Shown piece by piece: positions 13,181 through 25,296 of a DNA stretch of 64,000 nucleotides. The translations under genes were made by a program, and so were the position numbers. Source of the stretch: Podarcis filfolensis (lineage: Eukaryota). Each line of letters opens with the position of its first letter. Within the stretch, counting starts at the first letter, position 1. The stretch lies in assembly GCA_964270895.1 (NCBI GenBank), contig OZ185440.1; one strand, 5' to 3'. Under the pieces are notes generated by a model. The model ran no database searches, was not told where the DNA came from, and was given only the letters and a program-made list of their open reading frames with translations.

Positions 13181-13777
13181 ATCTGCAACTGGTTCATCAA
13201 CGCCAGGCGCAGACTCCTCCCAGACATGCTGCTTAAGGACGGCAAGGATCCTAACCAGTTCACCATTTCTCGCCGCGGTGCCAAATCTGCTGATGTGACG
13301 CTGACCCATGCAGCCGCCGCCGCCGCCACAGGGTCCGGACTCCTCATGGTGCCTCCTGCCTCCTCCGCCTCCTCCAAGGTGCTCTCCATGTCTGTCTGCT
13401 CGCCCATGACCTGCCACCCTGCCCGGTCTCTGGCCGGCAGCTTGACTGTGGTGACGAGTGAGCAGGAGAGCCCTCGCCCCACCTTCCAGCGGGTCAAGCT
13501 TGAGCCTCACCCCAAGCAGCCGCAGCTGAGCGCGACGGGCAGCACTCTGGCTCTCCTGACCAGGGCAGATGCCGCCAGTCCCACCAGCGGACTCTTCAAC
13601 ACGCCACCACCGACTCCCCCTGAGCTCTTTGGAGAGGACTTCAGCAGTTTCCAGTTGCTGGTGGAGGTGGCCTTGCAAAGGGCAGCTGAGCTTGACTCGC
13701 AGAAGCTGAGCGGGCAGCTGCCTCCGTCACTGCAGAGAGAGGCCGCTGCGCCAGCCCTCTCCAGAAAAACCAAGTAG
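13181..13777 (+). CDS. TGIF2: TGIF2 last coding exon: homeodomain helix 3, TPPPTP phosphorylation sites, Sin3-interaction helix
   Basis: Branch-like ctaac at 13151-13155 and acceptor tttctcccttag| at 13180. Translation [33 protein letters not shown]...[12 protein letters not shown]...[18 protein letters not shown]...KTK*; in frame with the first coding exon (266 aa total). Confidence 0.97.
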   Translation: MCNWFINARRRLLPDMLLKDGKDPNQFTISRRGAKSADVTLTHAAAAAATGSGLLMVPPASSASSKVLSMSVCSPMTCHPARSLAGSLTVVTSEQESPRPTFQRVKLEPHPKQPQLSATGSTLALLTRADAASPTSGLFNTPPPTPPELFGEDFSSFQLLVEVALQRAAELDSQKLSGQLPPSLQREAAAPALSRKTK

Positions 13778-15313
13778 CTTTCTCCAGCCACTAGCTCCTT
13801 TTGGAGGCTTTGGGGGTTCCCCTGCTCCTTCTCCCAAGTTTTTCTGTTGGCCTCTGCACTGAGGGTCCTCCCTGCCAGATGTTAATGCTGTGATATGGCT
13901 ACCCCTCAACCCAGGAGCAAAACAAGCCGAGGCTTCCTTGGCCGTTTTGACGCTGTGCTGCCAGCTCACCTCGGCCTCCAGAACGAAACACTTTCTCCGC
14001 CGCAAAGCAGGAGGACAACACATCCTTTGGCTAGCATTTCACTTTTTCTGGACCTTGGCAGCATCCTTTCCTCCTGTTGAAGCCACATGGAGGACACTGT
14101 CTGACTAGGGGGGTGCCTGAACCACGCACAACCTGCTCTTGAAAGGACCGAGAGGCCTTAACGTGCTCTGAGAGAACATGGCTGGCGTTCTGTTACTGTG
14201 ACTTTGTGATTTATTTTTTTGCTGTGGAGCATCCTTGTGCAGAGGTCCTTCTCTTCTCCCACTTTTTTTTGAAGCCTGCTGACATGGAAGAGAACAGGAA
14301 AAGGGTCCAATATGTAATGGAGGAGAGATAATTAAAAAACAAAAAAAAACCAAGTACCTTAAAAATACGAATTATGGCGGGGAGGCGAAATGAGTGATTT
14401 CACCTCTGCCCAGAGAATCCTAACGTGTGTCCTTTTGGGGGGCGGGTGGGCAGGGGTTGTTTCTGTTTTGCTGTTTCTGTAGCATATCTTCTTTGACGTA
14501 CTCTCGGTCTGGTGTGCATGAGTGGCTGGCCCCTGCATGTGGCCTAACGGGAGTCCCCGGCATGAGCAGATTTAACTGGAAATGCTAACGTTTGTGGCAT
14601 CCCTCTCTCTTTCCACTGGGAGGTGGAGAGGGGGAACAATCAACGACCACCCTTCGAATACTGGTGCCAGTTAAAAAAAAGTATGGTGCTGTTTGAGCAA
14701 TTTTATTATTATTATTTTAGGTGCTGGCTTTTCGTGACTTCATCCATTCCTCCCCCTGTGTTTTCCCCCATGTCATGTTTGAAGATGTGCAGATGTGATC
14801 AAAGTGGCAGGGAAGGATGCTCTGCTGGCAGGATGCTGGCTGAGACACAGCAATAGGGCATTTCAGAGGTTGGGGAGGAGGGATAGGATCCGAAACAAGA
14901 CTCTTTGACTGTGAAGTTGCTTTAATCAACCCTTTCTTCTTCGTTTTTCATTTTGAATTTTGTTGGTCGTGGACTGTAACTCGGGAAATCTAAGGTGTCT
15001 TTATGGATGTGCTGACAAAACTACCTATAGAGGGGGGCGGAAAACACCAACCTCCTGACTTTGTTTTGGATCCTTGCTCTCATCATGCTGAATGTAGTTT
15101 CTCTTTTGCTGATGGAGCACAGGTGCCCTCTTGTGGCCAGGAAGGGAGGTTGAACAGAGTAGGGTCTTCCATAGTGAATTACAACCTCTCCTGCAGACTA
15201 CAAGCTGTGTGTGACCCTGAAATTGCCTCCCTACATGATTTGATGTGTCCCCATGTACTTGGCAGCCTTGGCAGAAATTTAGACCCACCTGATAATATCT
15301 GATCCCCCCTGAG

Positions 15314-15446
15314 CAGTGTTTTCCAAACTTGGGTCTCTAGCTGTTTTTGAACTACAACTCCCATTATCCCTGACCTGATTCAGCTAGCTAGAGATGATGG
15401 GAGTTGTAGCCCCAAAACAGCTAGAGACCTACATTTGGGAAATGCT
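15314..15446. mobile_element. Palindromic MITE-like element in the probable TGIF2 3' UTR
   Basis: Arms of about 55 bp (ggtctctagctgtttttgaactacaactcccat / atgggagttgtagccccaaaacagctagagacc) are near reverse complements. Confidence 0.75.
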
Positions 15447-15464
15447 TCCCAAGAGAGAGGGTGT

Positions 15465-15625
15465 GTGGAAGCCTGTGGCCCCACCAGATGTTGCTGGAGT
15501 TCCAACTCCCATCATCCCTGACCAGTAGCTGGGGGGCATGCTGGTTTGGATGGGAGGGAGTTGGGAGCCCCAGCAGCATACGCAGGGCCATATATTCTTC
15601 ATCTGTGGTCCATGCCCTGGATTTA
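15465..15625. mobile_element. Second, more degenerate palindromic MITE-like copy adjacent to the first
   Basis: Shares the caactcccatcatccctgacc core and a gggagttgggag counter-arm. Confidence 0.55.
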
Positions 15626-17113
15626 AGGGGGTGGGAAGCTGGGGGTTTGCAAACTGCTAAGACATGCATACATTTTTCATTGAGTTACGTTCCCCCCCCC
15701 CCTTTGGCCTGAGACCAGGAACTTGCAAAACACAGAGTGCCCTGGGTGATATGAACATCCACCTTTTTTATTTTAATAGTGCTGTTTCACTGTAAATGTA
15801 AGTTAAATAGTGATCTATTATATACACCTATATATCTTGAAAAACACTAATTTTTAGAAGGTGTTAGCCTAATTATTACGTTGCATGAATAGTAAAGCTA
15901 AAAAGCCCAGCAGGATGCAACTTTTCACATTTTTGATCTTGAACTAGGTGTGCAAACCTGGTGTCGAAAAATGACAAGGACAGCAGTGAGTGCATTGGAG
16001 AACTGGAACTAATAGGGTGGGAATTGTTATGGGCTTAATGGAACATTGTGGTGTGCCTCCCCCCTTTTGCAAATTACAGATTTAGGGCTAAGATTGGTAC
16101 AACCTGTAATTGCTGCTGCACAAATAATTGCCTGCTTTCCTTTTGTTGGTACTTTTTGATCTTCAGTGATCCTTTATCAATCAGCAGGGTATAGCTTAAC
16201 TCTGTCTAGAGAGCTGCCGTTTTGACATATTGATCCAGAAATTTGAATAAGCAAATACATTGCCAAATTGTGCTGCTTTCTGTTTTGAAAAGCCTGAAGA
16301 GCTGCCTTGTAGCATACTTGGTTTTTTGTTTGTTTGCTTAATTCTAAAATCTTGTGGATTAATTTGACTATTTGCATTCAATCTCTGGAAGGTGGCTTCT
16401 TCCATCTCGGTTCCTATCTTGTTTTCTGGATTGTGGAAGCAAAACTTGACCTTGCTTTTTTCCCCCCTCCAAATATTTTTTTATTGATTTTCCAAAAATT
16501 TTTAGACAAACAAACATAAGTCTTAACTGTACTTAATCCAATCTTAGTAATATTTTTAAGTGACTTCCTTGAATCCCCCTGGCTGAATTTCAGTCTATAT
16601 TATTATAACAGTTTTCCAAAATTGACCTTGCTTTTTATGGGTTTTCAAGAATTATGTATCCCTTCAAAGTGTCACTGAAATTGGCGAGATACTTTTAAGC
16701 AGCAGCATCCCAACTCCAACTGAAGATACTTAAGTCATGTTCACACTCTTAATTAAAAATGTTTGAGTAGTTTCCCCTCCTCTACCCTCAATTAGGCCCC
16801 CTTGACTTGGATTGGCAGCCATTTGATTAGAATTGTGCCTCCATTAAATGAAGCAGTTTGAACCTTCTTTCCTGGCACTGCAGGAAACCTAAGCAGATCT
16901 GAAATTTCTGCACAGGGTAACAAGAGCAATGTTTCAGTTCCTACAATGCACTGACTGTTCTTGCTGTATCTTATTTGTCCAAACGATATGGAGACCTTGT
17001 TTTTGATGGGATGGGAAGTTAAAAGAGGACGAAAAAATAGAGAGAATATTCTTTTGTCTGATGTTTATGAAGCAAAAAACTACTGTAAATAACTGTTTTG
17101 GATTTTTTTAATC

Positions 17114-17119
17114 AATAAA
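17114..17119 (+). terminator. TGIF2: Candidate TGIF2 polyadenylation signal (AATAAA)
   Basis: AATAAA in U-rich context with a Pumilio-type TGTAAATA at 17084-17091; implies a 3' UTR of about 3.3 kb. Not transcript-verified. Confidence 0.55.
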
Positions 17120-20100
17120 GTTTTTTTAAAAACACACCACACCTAGTTTGTATGGTCTCTGTGCAGAAGAACTCAGACCTTCCTCTCTGGCTCTTTGCAT
17201 CCAGTGTTGTGTGAATGTACGTACAGGTGCATAGAGTGAATGCCCTTAACCCTATGCAGAGGGTCATAAAAGCAGACAGCAGAATTCTGTAATGTAGAAG
17301 CTTGATTGGTGAAGGACTTTGGCATATACAGAACACAACTTAGTCATTTCTTCTTAGTGGCCAGGTGTGCTAGCATATTGAAAAGGGGAGCTCTCACTGG
17401 CAGAATCAAAGCAACAATCCTTGACATTTCTAAAGTAGGCCACGTACTGTTTTTGTACAAAATACTTTATCTTTTCAGTGCATTGGCACCCTGCTTCCTG
17501 AACAAATCAGTGGCAAGAGGGTTGTGCCCCCTACTTTGGGCAGAGGGGGTTGAATTTTTTTAAAGTGTCATAAATATATTAGGAGAAGGGCAGGCAGGCA
17601 AATGCTGCACTGCTAGAGAGAGCTCTGCCCTCTGCATCCATGAAATCTTCTGCATCCATGGGTACTACTTCTTCCTCCATGTTCACAATTACGACCAGTT
17701 GCTGGAAATCACAGGAGTGGGAAGAACAGAAGGACTCCTGTGCTCAGATCCTGCTTCCCAGTTTCCTACAGGCTTATGGCCACTGTGAGAACATTTGCAA
17801 ATAACTCCTGGGTATAAAAACAAACCACCTGGTGGCAGGCTAAAGGCCTGTCAAAATGAAAAAGTGGTGGAAACCATCATGGTGGTATGCAAGCTGGACC
17901 TGCAAAGGCTGGCTATAGACCAAAGCAGAGGAGGTTAGTCACTGCCAGCCTTTAGGAGTAAGTTTCCTCCTCTGATGGTCTGAAGGGCGTTGGAGAGGGA
18001 CCTGGGTGCATCCCTGGACCCAGCTAAATTGGGTAAAATCTGGACCATTGACCCCAGTCTCTCATAACAAGAGTTTTCCTAGACTCCTGGATTCACAGCC
18101 CAGTTAGACTGGCCAATACACACTGGACTGAGCAGCCACTTGATGTTGGAAGGCTGCCCTGGAAAAGGTACCTACCAGCACCTATTGTGGGAATGTGGTC
18201 TAGTTTGTCCCAAAAACCAAAGTGTTGAGAGACATTTGTTCTATATTAGGCAGGAGACTGATAAAAGATCCCAAATCATGTCTGCAAAAATAATGAAGAT
18301 TAAAATAATCCTAGGTTCTCTCCAAGACAAACTTGGATGGGTGTTTTTTTCAGGGTGGGGGAAGCCTATGCAAATTCATGCACATTCAGGAGGATCTATT
18401 TTCACTGTACTGTATCTTAACTCTTTGGTAAAAACAAAGCATCTGTATGTGTGTGTGTGTGTTCTCCCCGTCCTTTGGGGAGAGGGAAGGGTGATTCGGG
18501 GAAAGGGAGAGAGAAGAAACCGGAGACGATTCCTAACATTCTAAACAAGACCATGGGCTGGTAAGGGTTGGCAACCCTTATTACGGAAGCATGCTGGCAA
18601 AAGCCTGCATCAAAAATTAATCTGAGCATCCTCATTCCACACATCAGACAATAGTTAATTGTAGGTGGCCAACATGAACTTTTGCAGAAATCAAAACATA
18701 ATTCTGCTCTGCAATCTCAGGACTATCACTCAGGGTCTCCCATTACTTCCTATTCCTCTTACATTTGATCTTAAAGATCACCGCTCTTTGAAGAAGAGCA
18801 ACAAGCTTAGTCGCCATCCTTTGTGAACTAAGCAGCTCTTCTGAGTGTGCTCTGAGACAGTGGCCAGGTATGGACCCACGCCTCACTGGAAATGCTACAT
18901 TCAGCCAATAAAATGATCTCAAAGTCAGAGTAGAGGAAAAAGATATAATTACATTTGAGAAGATTGCAGCAGCGCTTCTTACCTGGCTTCCCGTGTTTCA
19001 AGTGGGTAATAAGCAGAACCAAGCTGAATTTACACTCTGGTATTAAAATATCCATAGGAAAAAAGGAGAAAAGGAACACCCAACTGTGTTAGATTACCAT
19101 GCAAGTCAATAAACATGAGTTTATAAAATGCTCTCACCAAGGTTATTTTTATTTTTATTTTATTATTAATGATTGATTTGGTCATGCCCTCACGGGTGAC
19201 AAAAACATTCCCTAATCTAACTAAAACCCTTGTTGTTTTAGAAACATGATTTCCCCACCCCCACTTTACTTGTTGTATCTGGTTGCCTGCTCTAGAATGG
19301 AGTTCAGAGAGTAAAGATCACAAACTGCAAGAGACTGAGGCGTAAGGGCACAAAAGAGGCACCTTTCTTTGTTTTACTGTCGTTTACAATGGCAGCAAGG
19401 TTCCCATTACAAGACATTGGGCTGCTGGGTCTAGATACAAGGTTTTTTGTTTAAAAAATATTGCCACTAAGGGGCTAATCAATTCTTTCTTCCTGTTTCC
19501 GCTGCCCCCCGCTATAAAACTAAGGGAAGGAGGTGAAATCACTTGGGAGGGGGGAGGGTCACCTTTTTTGTTTTCATAGTTGGAAAAACAACCATGTTAT
19601 CGATCAAAGCACTATGGACATTTGTTTTTACATCCTCAGAATTATTAGATAATCAGAACTATAATAGCATTTTTGGAGCAGTTTCACCAAATGGGCATCT
19701 CTGTGATGTTCTTTTTGGGTTGTTTCTTGAGGGGAAAACTCCCCACTGACCCATCATCTTTCTCCAGAACTATTGCTACAACGGATGAGTAAATAAGTCA
19801 CAACAATCTTCCTAGCCTTGTTATTGGGAACAAATCTGTTTCTTTTTATGCCTTGGAACAGCATGGTGCGAGGAGAGAAGACTGGACCAATATAAGGATA
19901 GCTGAAACAAATGAATTTTGCAATCTACTTGACAGGCCTCACCTGGTTGAGGGCAGGCATTGGCTGCATCCTCATTACACCCATGCAGAAGTCTTAAAAG
20001 CTCCATTTAACCAAGCTGCTAACTTTCATGGCATATAGAGGCACAAATGAAATTTAACAGGTTTGGAAGTTTTGTTCCAGAAGCAAGGTTGCTGTTTCCC

Positions 20101-21154
20101 CCCCTCTCCCACCTACTGGGCCCCCTGCTGAGACTGTAGAGATCTAGGTGTCTGGAAAGACAATTGTTTCATCCCTGGATGCAAAGGTTTCTGTCACGAA
20201 GAGGGTAGTATTGGTGAACTACCAAACGTAGGTCATTTGCTATCTTATCACCCTATTAGGTAAAACTAATTTGTACATAAAGCACTTTCCTCAGACTGGG
20301 CGAAGAAGTCTCCTGCAGAGGTGGGAGGTCTATCAAAGCAAAGGACAATTGACAGTTACACTGATCCAGCCACTGCAATAATGTTTATGCTTCTATGTCA
20401 TTTCATGCAAGTGATATCCATCTTTCAGTGCTGTCTTGCAGCTCAAGAAGCAGTGACTACTAATTACACTACTTAAAAAAAAACACAGAAGAAAGAATGC
20501 TCAGAGCTATAAAATGAGGTGAAGGTTTATTGAAATCCAGTCACTTGTAAAACCAGCCAACTGCTTTTGCTTTGATCTCACCCCACCAACTAGATGAAAG
20601 CCCACACCTATTTCCTACCTATGGTTAGCAAAGCTGAAGACCTCCGGAGAGATCTCTCTTCATGACTCAAGCTTCCTTCACAGTGTCTTTTGAATCCAGT
20701 ACCACTTCTATTCTTATTGCGACAGACTGAAGCCACTTCACACACCTTTTTTAGGTGTACACATAAAACACTTTTTGAATACACCTAAGATATAAAAAGG
20801 ACAAATGTGGTAAATACATGGGTTGTGTGGGTAGACATGCCAGAGAACAGGGAATCAGTCGTGTTCTCTTCTATGTATACATGTGGGGGGAAACATTTGT
20901 TTGCTGCTACATAATTAGAAGCAGCAGCACTGAGGCAGGGGAAGTGAAAGGTCGCTTAGGCTGCTGTCCATAAAAACCAATTAAGGTGGATGTACGTAGA
21001 TTTAACGTTTAATCCCATTGACTTCAAGCGGGAATCTCTGAGCTAAAAGACACTCACCAGCAACTGAGTCCATCAAGCAATTACCTGCCTAATTCCCGAG
21101 ATTGCTGCCTTTGGAAACGTGAGTAAAACAAGTAGCATTCCACACATTTCAAAT

Positions 21155-21160
21155 TTTAAT
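21155..21160 (-). terminator. DLGAP4: Candidate DLGAP4 polyadenylation signal (ATTAAA)
   Basis: Minus strand reads TCTTTGTATTAAAATTTGAAATGTGTGG...TTGTTTTT with a GU/U-rich downstream element; implies a 3' UTR of about 2 kb. Confidence 0.5.
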
Positions 21161-23129
21161 ACAAAGAACTGTGAAAGTCAGCCATTTGTTTCAAAAGTCA
21201 GTCAAGGACTGTCTACCATTGTTATAAAGACATTTGAGGTAGGGGAAGGGAAAAGAGGGGAATAAATCAAGCTTGATTTGAAGCCACGGTCTATATGGCC
21301 AAGCTTCCACAGGTTACAAAAATGCACATTATGTGGGCAGCTGGAGAAATCTGTAACACTCTCTATGCATAGACACTGTACACAGCATTCACTGACATGA
21401 TTTAAGTTGTAGCGTTTTATCATCACCTCCTTAAATTACTAATGCACCAGAATAAAATTCCTTTGGAGTTTTGACCACCTGAACAACTTCTATCATCTTC
21501 CACAATGGTAGTGCACAGCTTTCAGACAAATGCACACTTTTTTGTGGGGGGGGGGAGGAGGGGGCACAAGGTGGTGGGCAGAGGAGAAAGTTGGAATTGG
21601 CTATTTGACTCCTGGCTCCATAAAATGAGGCCAAAATGGGAGAGGAGAAAGAGAGGAGGGTCAAACTGAAGGTTGATGACAGCATCCCCAAATAAGATGG
21701 GACACAGAGGGGTGGGATGGGCAAGAGGAACCTGAAAATATGCAGGGTATATATTTTTGCACACACTTTTACACACATCTAGCTATAGTACATGTAAAAA
21801 TATATGCTATACATACACCCACCCTCACCGAGGTGCTTTTTAAAGACACCCTCTGAATGCGTGCATGTGTGAATGGGTACGCATGTGTGCGTGTGTGTAC
21901 GAGTTAAATATACAGATCCTAATAAGTGTATATGTGCATATGTACACATACATACAGGTGGGCAGGCAAACTGCCAAGTCTCCATCAGCTACCTCCTCTT
22001 TGATTTTCTGTACAAAAGCCATTGTCCTCCACTGGAGAATATTACACACCCCTTTGATACAAGTCCCTCCCCTTGTGTAGCAGCTGCTTTCTTATACACA
22101 GATCTTTGCACACACAAAAAACCACACATAAAAATTGCAGGGAGGGGGGATTGCAGGAAAGAGAACAGAAGAGTGTGTGTGTGGGGAACCTATGAATCCA
22201 TGCTGTATTTCTGACTGAGCACCCTGTGCGGGAAATCTTTCTGTTGCAGCACCATTCAAGGGAGTGTGCACAGGCCACAACAACTATCTTATTGCACTTG
22301 TTTTGCTTCCAGGCTGTGTTAACATCCCACTCCATTTACATCCCACAGATCTCACCCTCGCTTTACATAATTAAACCAAAGCCCCACTGCCACCCACCCC
22401 ACCCCGGGCCACCTACCCCCAAACCCACCTCTAAGGGAAAACAATACATAATAAAATCAAAAGGCTGCTCGCTAGCAGAGTGCAACAACAGCACACACTG
22501 AACAGGGTGTTTTCTTCTGGAGCTCTGTGGAAGATTTTACTTCTAACACAGTAAACGACACCATGCAGAAAAAGGATGACAAAGAAAGGGGAGCTAAGAA
22601 CTACAGAACAGGAGAAAAACTAGGAGCAGGAGTAGAACGAGAGCAAAGAGGGGGAAAAAAAGAAAGACTTTGTGGAGGGGAAGACAGAAAGAATACAGTG
22701 AGGAGAAAAAAGCGCAGCATGGCAAGTGCCCAAGGCTTTGTTTCAATTTTTGTCCATTTCATGTAAACAAGCTAATAATTCTCCTTAGATAGAACAAGTA
22801 AAAAGGTTGCAGTTCCAAGTCTGAAGGGCTGTGTTTCCAAGAGTCTGTTCCACCACACCACAGCCAGTGTGAAACAGGGTGGGAGAGAGAGAGAAAAACC
22901 CAAACCACAGAACCAGGAAGGGATTCTCCTTCAAAATTTTCATTACTTAAAGCTGGAGAGGGGAAAAAAAGAAGAAGAGAGAGACAGACAGAGAGATAGC
23001 CAAATTGGGAGCCCTTTGTACGATTGGCTCTGTGTCTCTAGACCAAATAAATCGCACTAAATTTAGTGAACCTTATTTTTCCTTTTTAATGGCATGAAAA
23101 AGAGTGTGTTTTCTTCCTCTTCCCCTTGC

Positions 23130-23348
23130 TCAAAGACGGGTCTGTGCCTCGGGAACGTAGATTTCAATGCTGTCCGCGCTCTCGGTGGCAGAGTTCTGCC
23201 GGACTGAGGCAGCACGCTTGGCTGCCATGAGGCGCTTGCGGGCTTCCTGGCGCTGTTTATCCACCGAGTCAGAGGCCTTGTCCCGGTTCAGCTGGGATTT
23301 AGGTTTGGCTGGCTTCTTTGGCACGGGAGGGGGCGGCTTCTTCTCTTC
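23130..23348 (-). CDS. DLGAP4: DLGAP4 (SAPAP4) last coding exon
   Basis: EEKKPPPPVPKKP...KQRQEARKRLMAAKRAASVRQNSATESADSIEIYVPEAQTRL* matches the DLGAP4 C-terminus with its Shank PDZ ligand QTRL. Acceptor ttttttccctgaag|. Confidence 0.97.
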   Translation of the reverse strand, partial: EEKKPPPPVPKKPAKPKSQLNRDKASDSVDKQRQEARKRLMAAKRAASVRQNSATESADSIEIYVPEAQTRL

Positions 23349-23501
23349 CTTCAGGGAAAAAAGAACAGCAAAACATTAAAAGGAACTGCAGGCAGATCTG
23401 TTCTCTTTCTCAACAGTTTTGTCTGCAATCAAAGTTCTGCGCCAAAAAATTAGGCTGTTATGCAGCACATAGGCTTCGGGTTTTTTTAAAAAAATGCTAG
23501 T

Positions 23502-23783
23502 ATCCCCACGACGGGGTGAGCTCCCGTTGCTCGGTCCCTGCTCCTACCAACCTAGCAGTTTGAAAGCACGTCAAAGTGCAAGTAGATAAATAGGTACCAC
23601 TCCAGTGGGAAGGTAAACGGAGTTTCCGTGCGCTGCTCTGGTTCGCCAGAAGTGGCTTAGTCATGCTGGCCACATGACCCGGAAGCTGTACGCCAGCTCC
23701 CTCGGCCAGTAAAGCTAGATGAGCGCCACAACCCCAGAGTTCGCCATGACTGGACCTAACGGTCAGGGGTCCCTTTACCTTTA
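23502..23783 (+). mobile_element. Sauria SINE (Squam1), 5' truncated, in the last DLGAP4 intron
   Basis: gacggggtgagctcccgttgctcgg...gtagataaataggtacc...gtcatgctggccacatgacccggaagctg...ggggtccctttaccttt; characteristic ACCTTT tail; tRNA head largely missing. Confidence 0.9.
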
Positions 23784-24277
23784 AGTAATGTGAACACATT
23801 CAGTATTGGTATTAGAACCACTGGAATTCACAAAGTAAGGTTCCCTTGACTCACAACTGTGAGAAAATACAGTTGGGACTTAAATAGACTATTTGCAGTA
23901 AAGCAGCATCAATTTATATCATTCACTAGTGCTACAATTATTCCTTATGCACCCTATAGGAGCACAGATCAGAAGTGAGATGGGAAACATGGGGAGGGAG
24001 ATTTGGACAGGAGGATCTGACTTTTAATCTAGCATTTTTACACCAATTTTCTTATACTATTTCAGAATGGTCTAAACACTTTCTACTATTTTTTCCCCTT
24101 GTCAGGGGAAAACACAGACTCCTGCAGTCCGTGTTTTTAACAGCAAACAGGGACTATATCAAAACTTTCTACAACCACCTCTAAATTTTGCAAGATGCCT
24201 GAGGACCCCAATATATGCAACATTATTATTATTTGTATTTGGTCTCATTTTTGTAAAGTGCCTTGGAAGCATGTGCA

Positions 24278-24278
<1 letters not shown>

Positions 24279-24308
<30 letters not shown>
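24279..24308. repeat. (TG)15 microsatellite
   Basis: Seen directly. Confidence 0.95.
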
Positions 24309-24311
<3 letters not shown>

Positions 24312-24533
24312 TTTGAAAATCAAACAATAAATCAAACAAAAACTGATCAGGCACATTTACTGGAAGCAAATCCCATTGGTTAGAGCAGCAGGTTTAACTT
24401 CCAAGAAACCTCTTAGGATTATGCTGTAAGTTAAGCTACCTAGCACAGACCAAGCCACTTTTCTTCTCTTTTCAAATGCTCCCACTGGACTTGTGCTGCT
24501 AAGCACCATTTCTTTATAATGCTCCATGCTCAC

Positions 24534-24686
24534 CTTCTTCTCCGGTGGCTCCGTTAACTGCCAGCCATTAGCCTTTAGGTGGTACAGCTCATCAAATTTC
24601 ATGCTGATGTCTTCGATGGACAATTGTAAGAGATCCCAAAAACCAGCAAGGTCTTGTGCTGTGGGCCTGGGATTGGAATTGGGGTT
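24534..24686 (-). CDS. DLGAP4: DLGAP4 coding exon (GKAP homology domain)
   Basis: NPNSNPRPTAQDLAGFWDLLQLSIEDISMKFDELYHLKANGWQLTEPPEKK; 153 nt, phase 0-0; tctttctgtcag| and |gtgagc splice sites. Confidence 0.96.
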
Positions 24687-24914
24687 CTGACAGAAAGAGA
24701 ATGTGAGTTAATTCAGAGTTAATGTTGAAGATGAGACTTGAAGGTCGTTTTTAAGTTCATGTGGAAACATCTGAATCTCCTGACTGCATTCAACATAGCA
24801 CTAAAGCCGGAAACTTATCTTCTCTCTCCCCCCGCCCCTCCGCTGCACTGCAACATTGAAAACTCTTAATTGCCTGCTGCAGATCCGTATACTTTTCAAG
24901 TACAATTTAACATA

Positions 24915-25296
24915 CCGTATTTTTCGCCCTATAGGACGCACTTTTTCCCCTCCAAAAATGAAGGGGAAATGTGTGTGCGTCCTATGGGGCGAATACAGGC
25001 TTTCGCTGAAGCCTGGAGAGCGCGAGGCTCTCGCTCTCCAGGCTTCATGAAGCTCTGCGCAACCCTCTGGAGCCCGGCGCCAAGCCACGCTGGGCTCCGG
25101 AGGGTTGCGCAGAGCTTCCTGAAGCCGGCGTGGCTCCCTAGGCTTGCGGATAGCAGGCTGTTCTGGGGGCTGGGGTCGGGGGAAGCTCGGGCTTCCCCTG
25201 CGCTAGCCCCGTGCCTGGGGGGGGGGAAATAATTTTTTTTCTTTATCCCCCCCCCCAAAAAAAAACTAGGTGCATCCTATAGGGCGAAAAATACGG
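24915..25296. mobile_element. Non-autonomous Tc1/mariner-superfamily (Tc2-like) MITE
   Basis: 27-bp terminal inverted repeats ccgtatttttcgccctataggacgcac with one mismatch; TA target duplication at 24913-24914 and 25297-25298; no ORF; CpG-rich interior. Confidence 0.9.

Noticed and set aside
13272-13470. Possible equivalent of the retained intron (exitron) described in mouse Tgif2 coding sequence
   Set aside because: As I recall, the mammalian donor lies in the RRGGK codons (G|GTAAG); here the sequence is cgcggtgccaaa, with no credible donor consensus.
13151-13678. 175-aa and other antisense ORFs over TGIF2 exon 3 (also 915-1382 over exon 2)
   Set aside because: Shadow ORFs of GC-rich coding sequence; no recognisable protein or independent splice/start signals.
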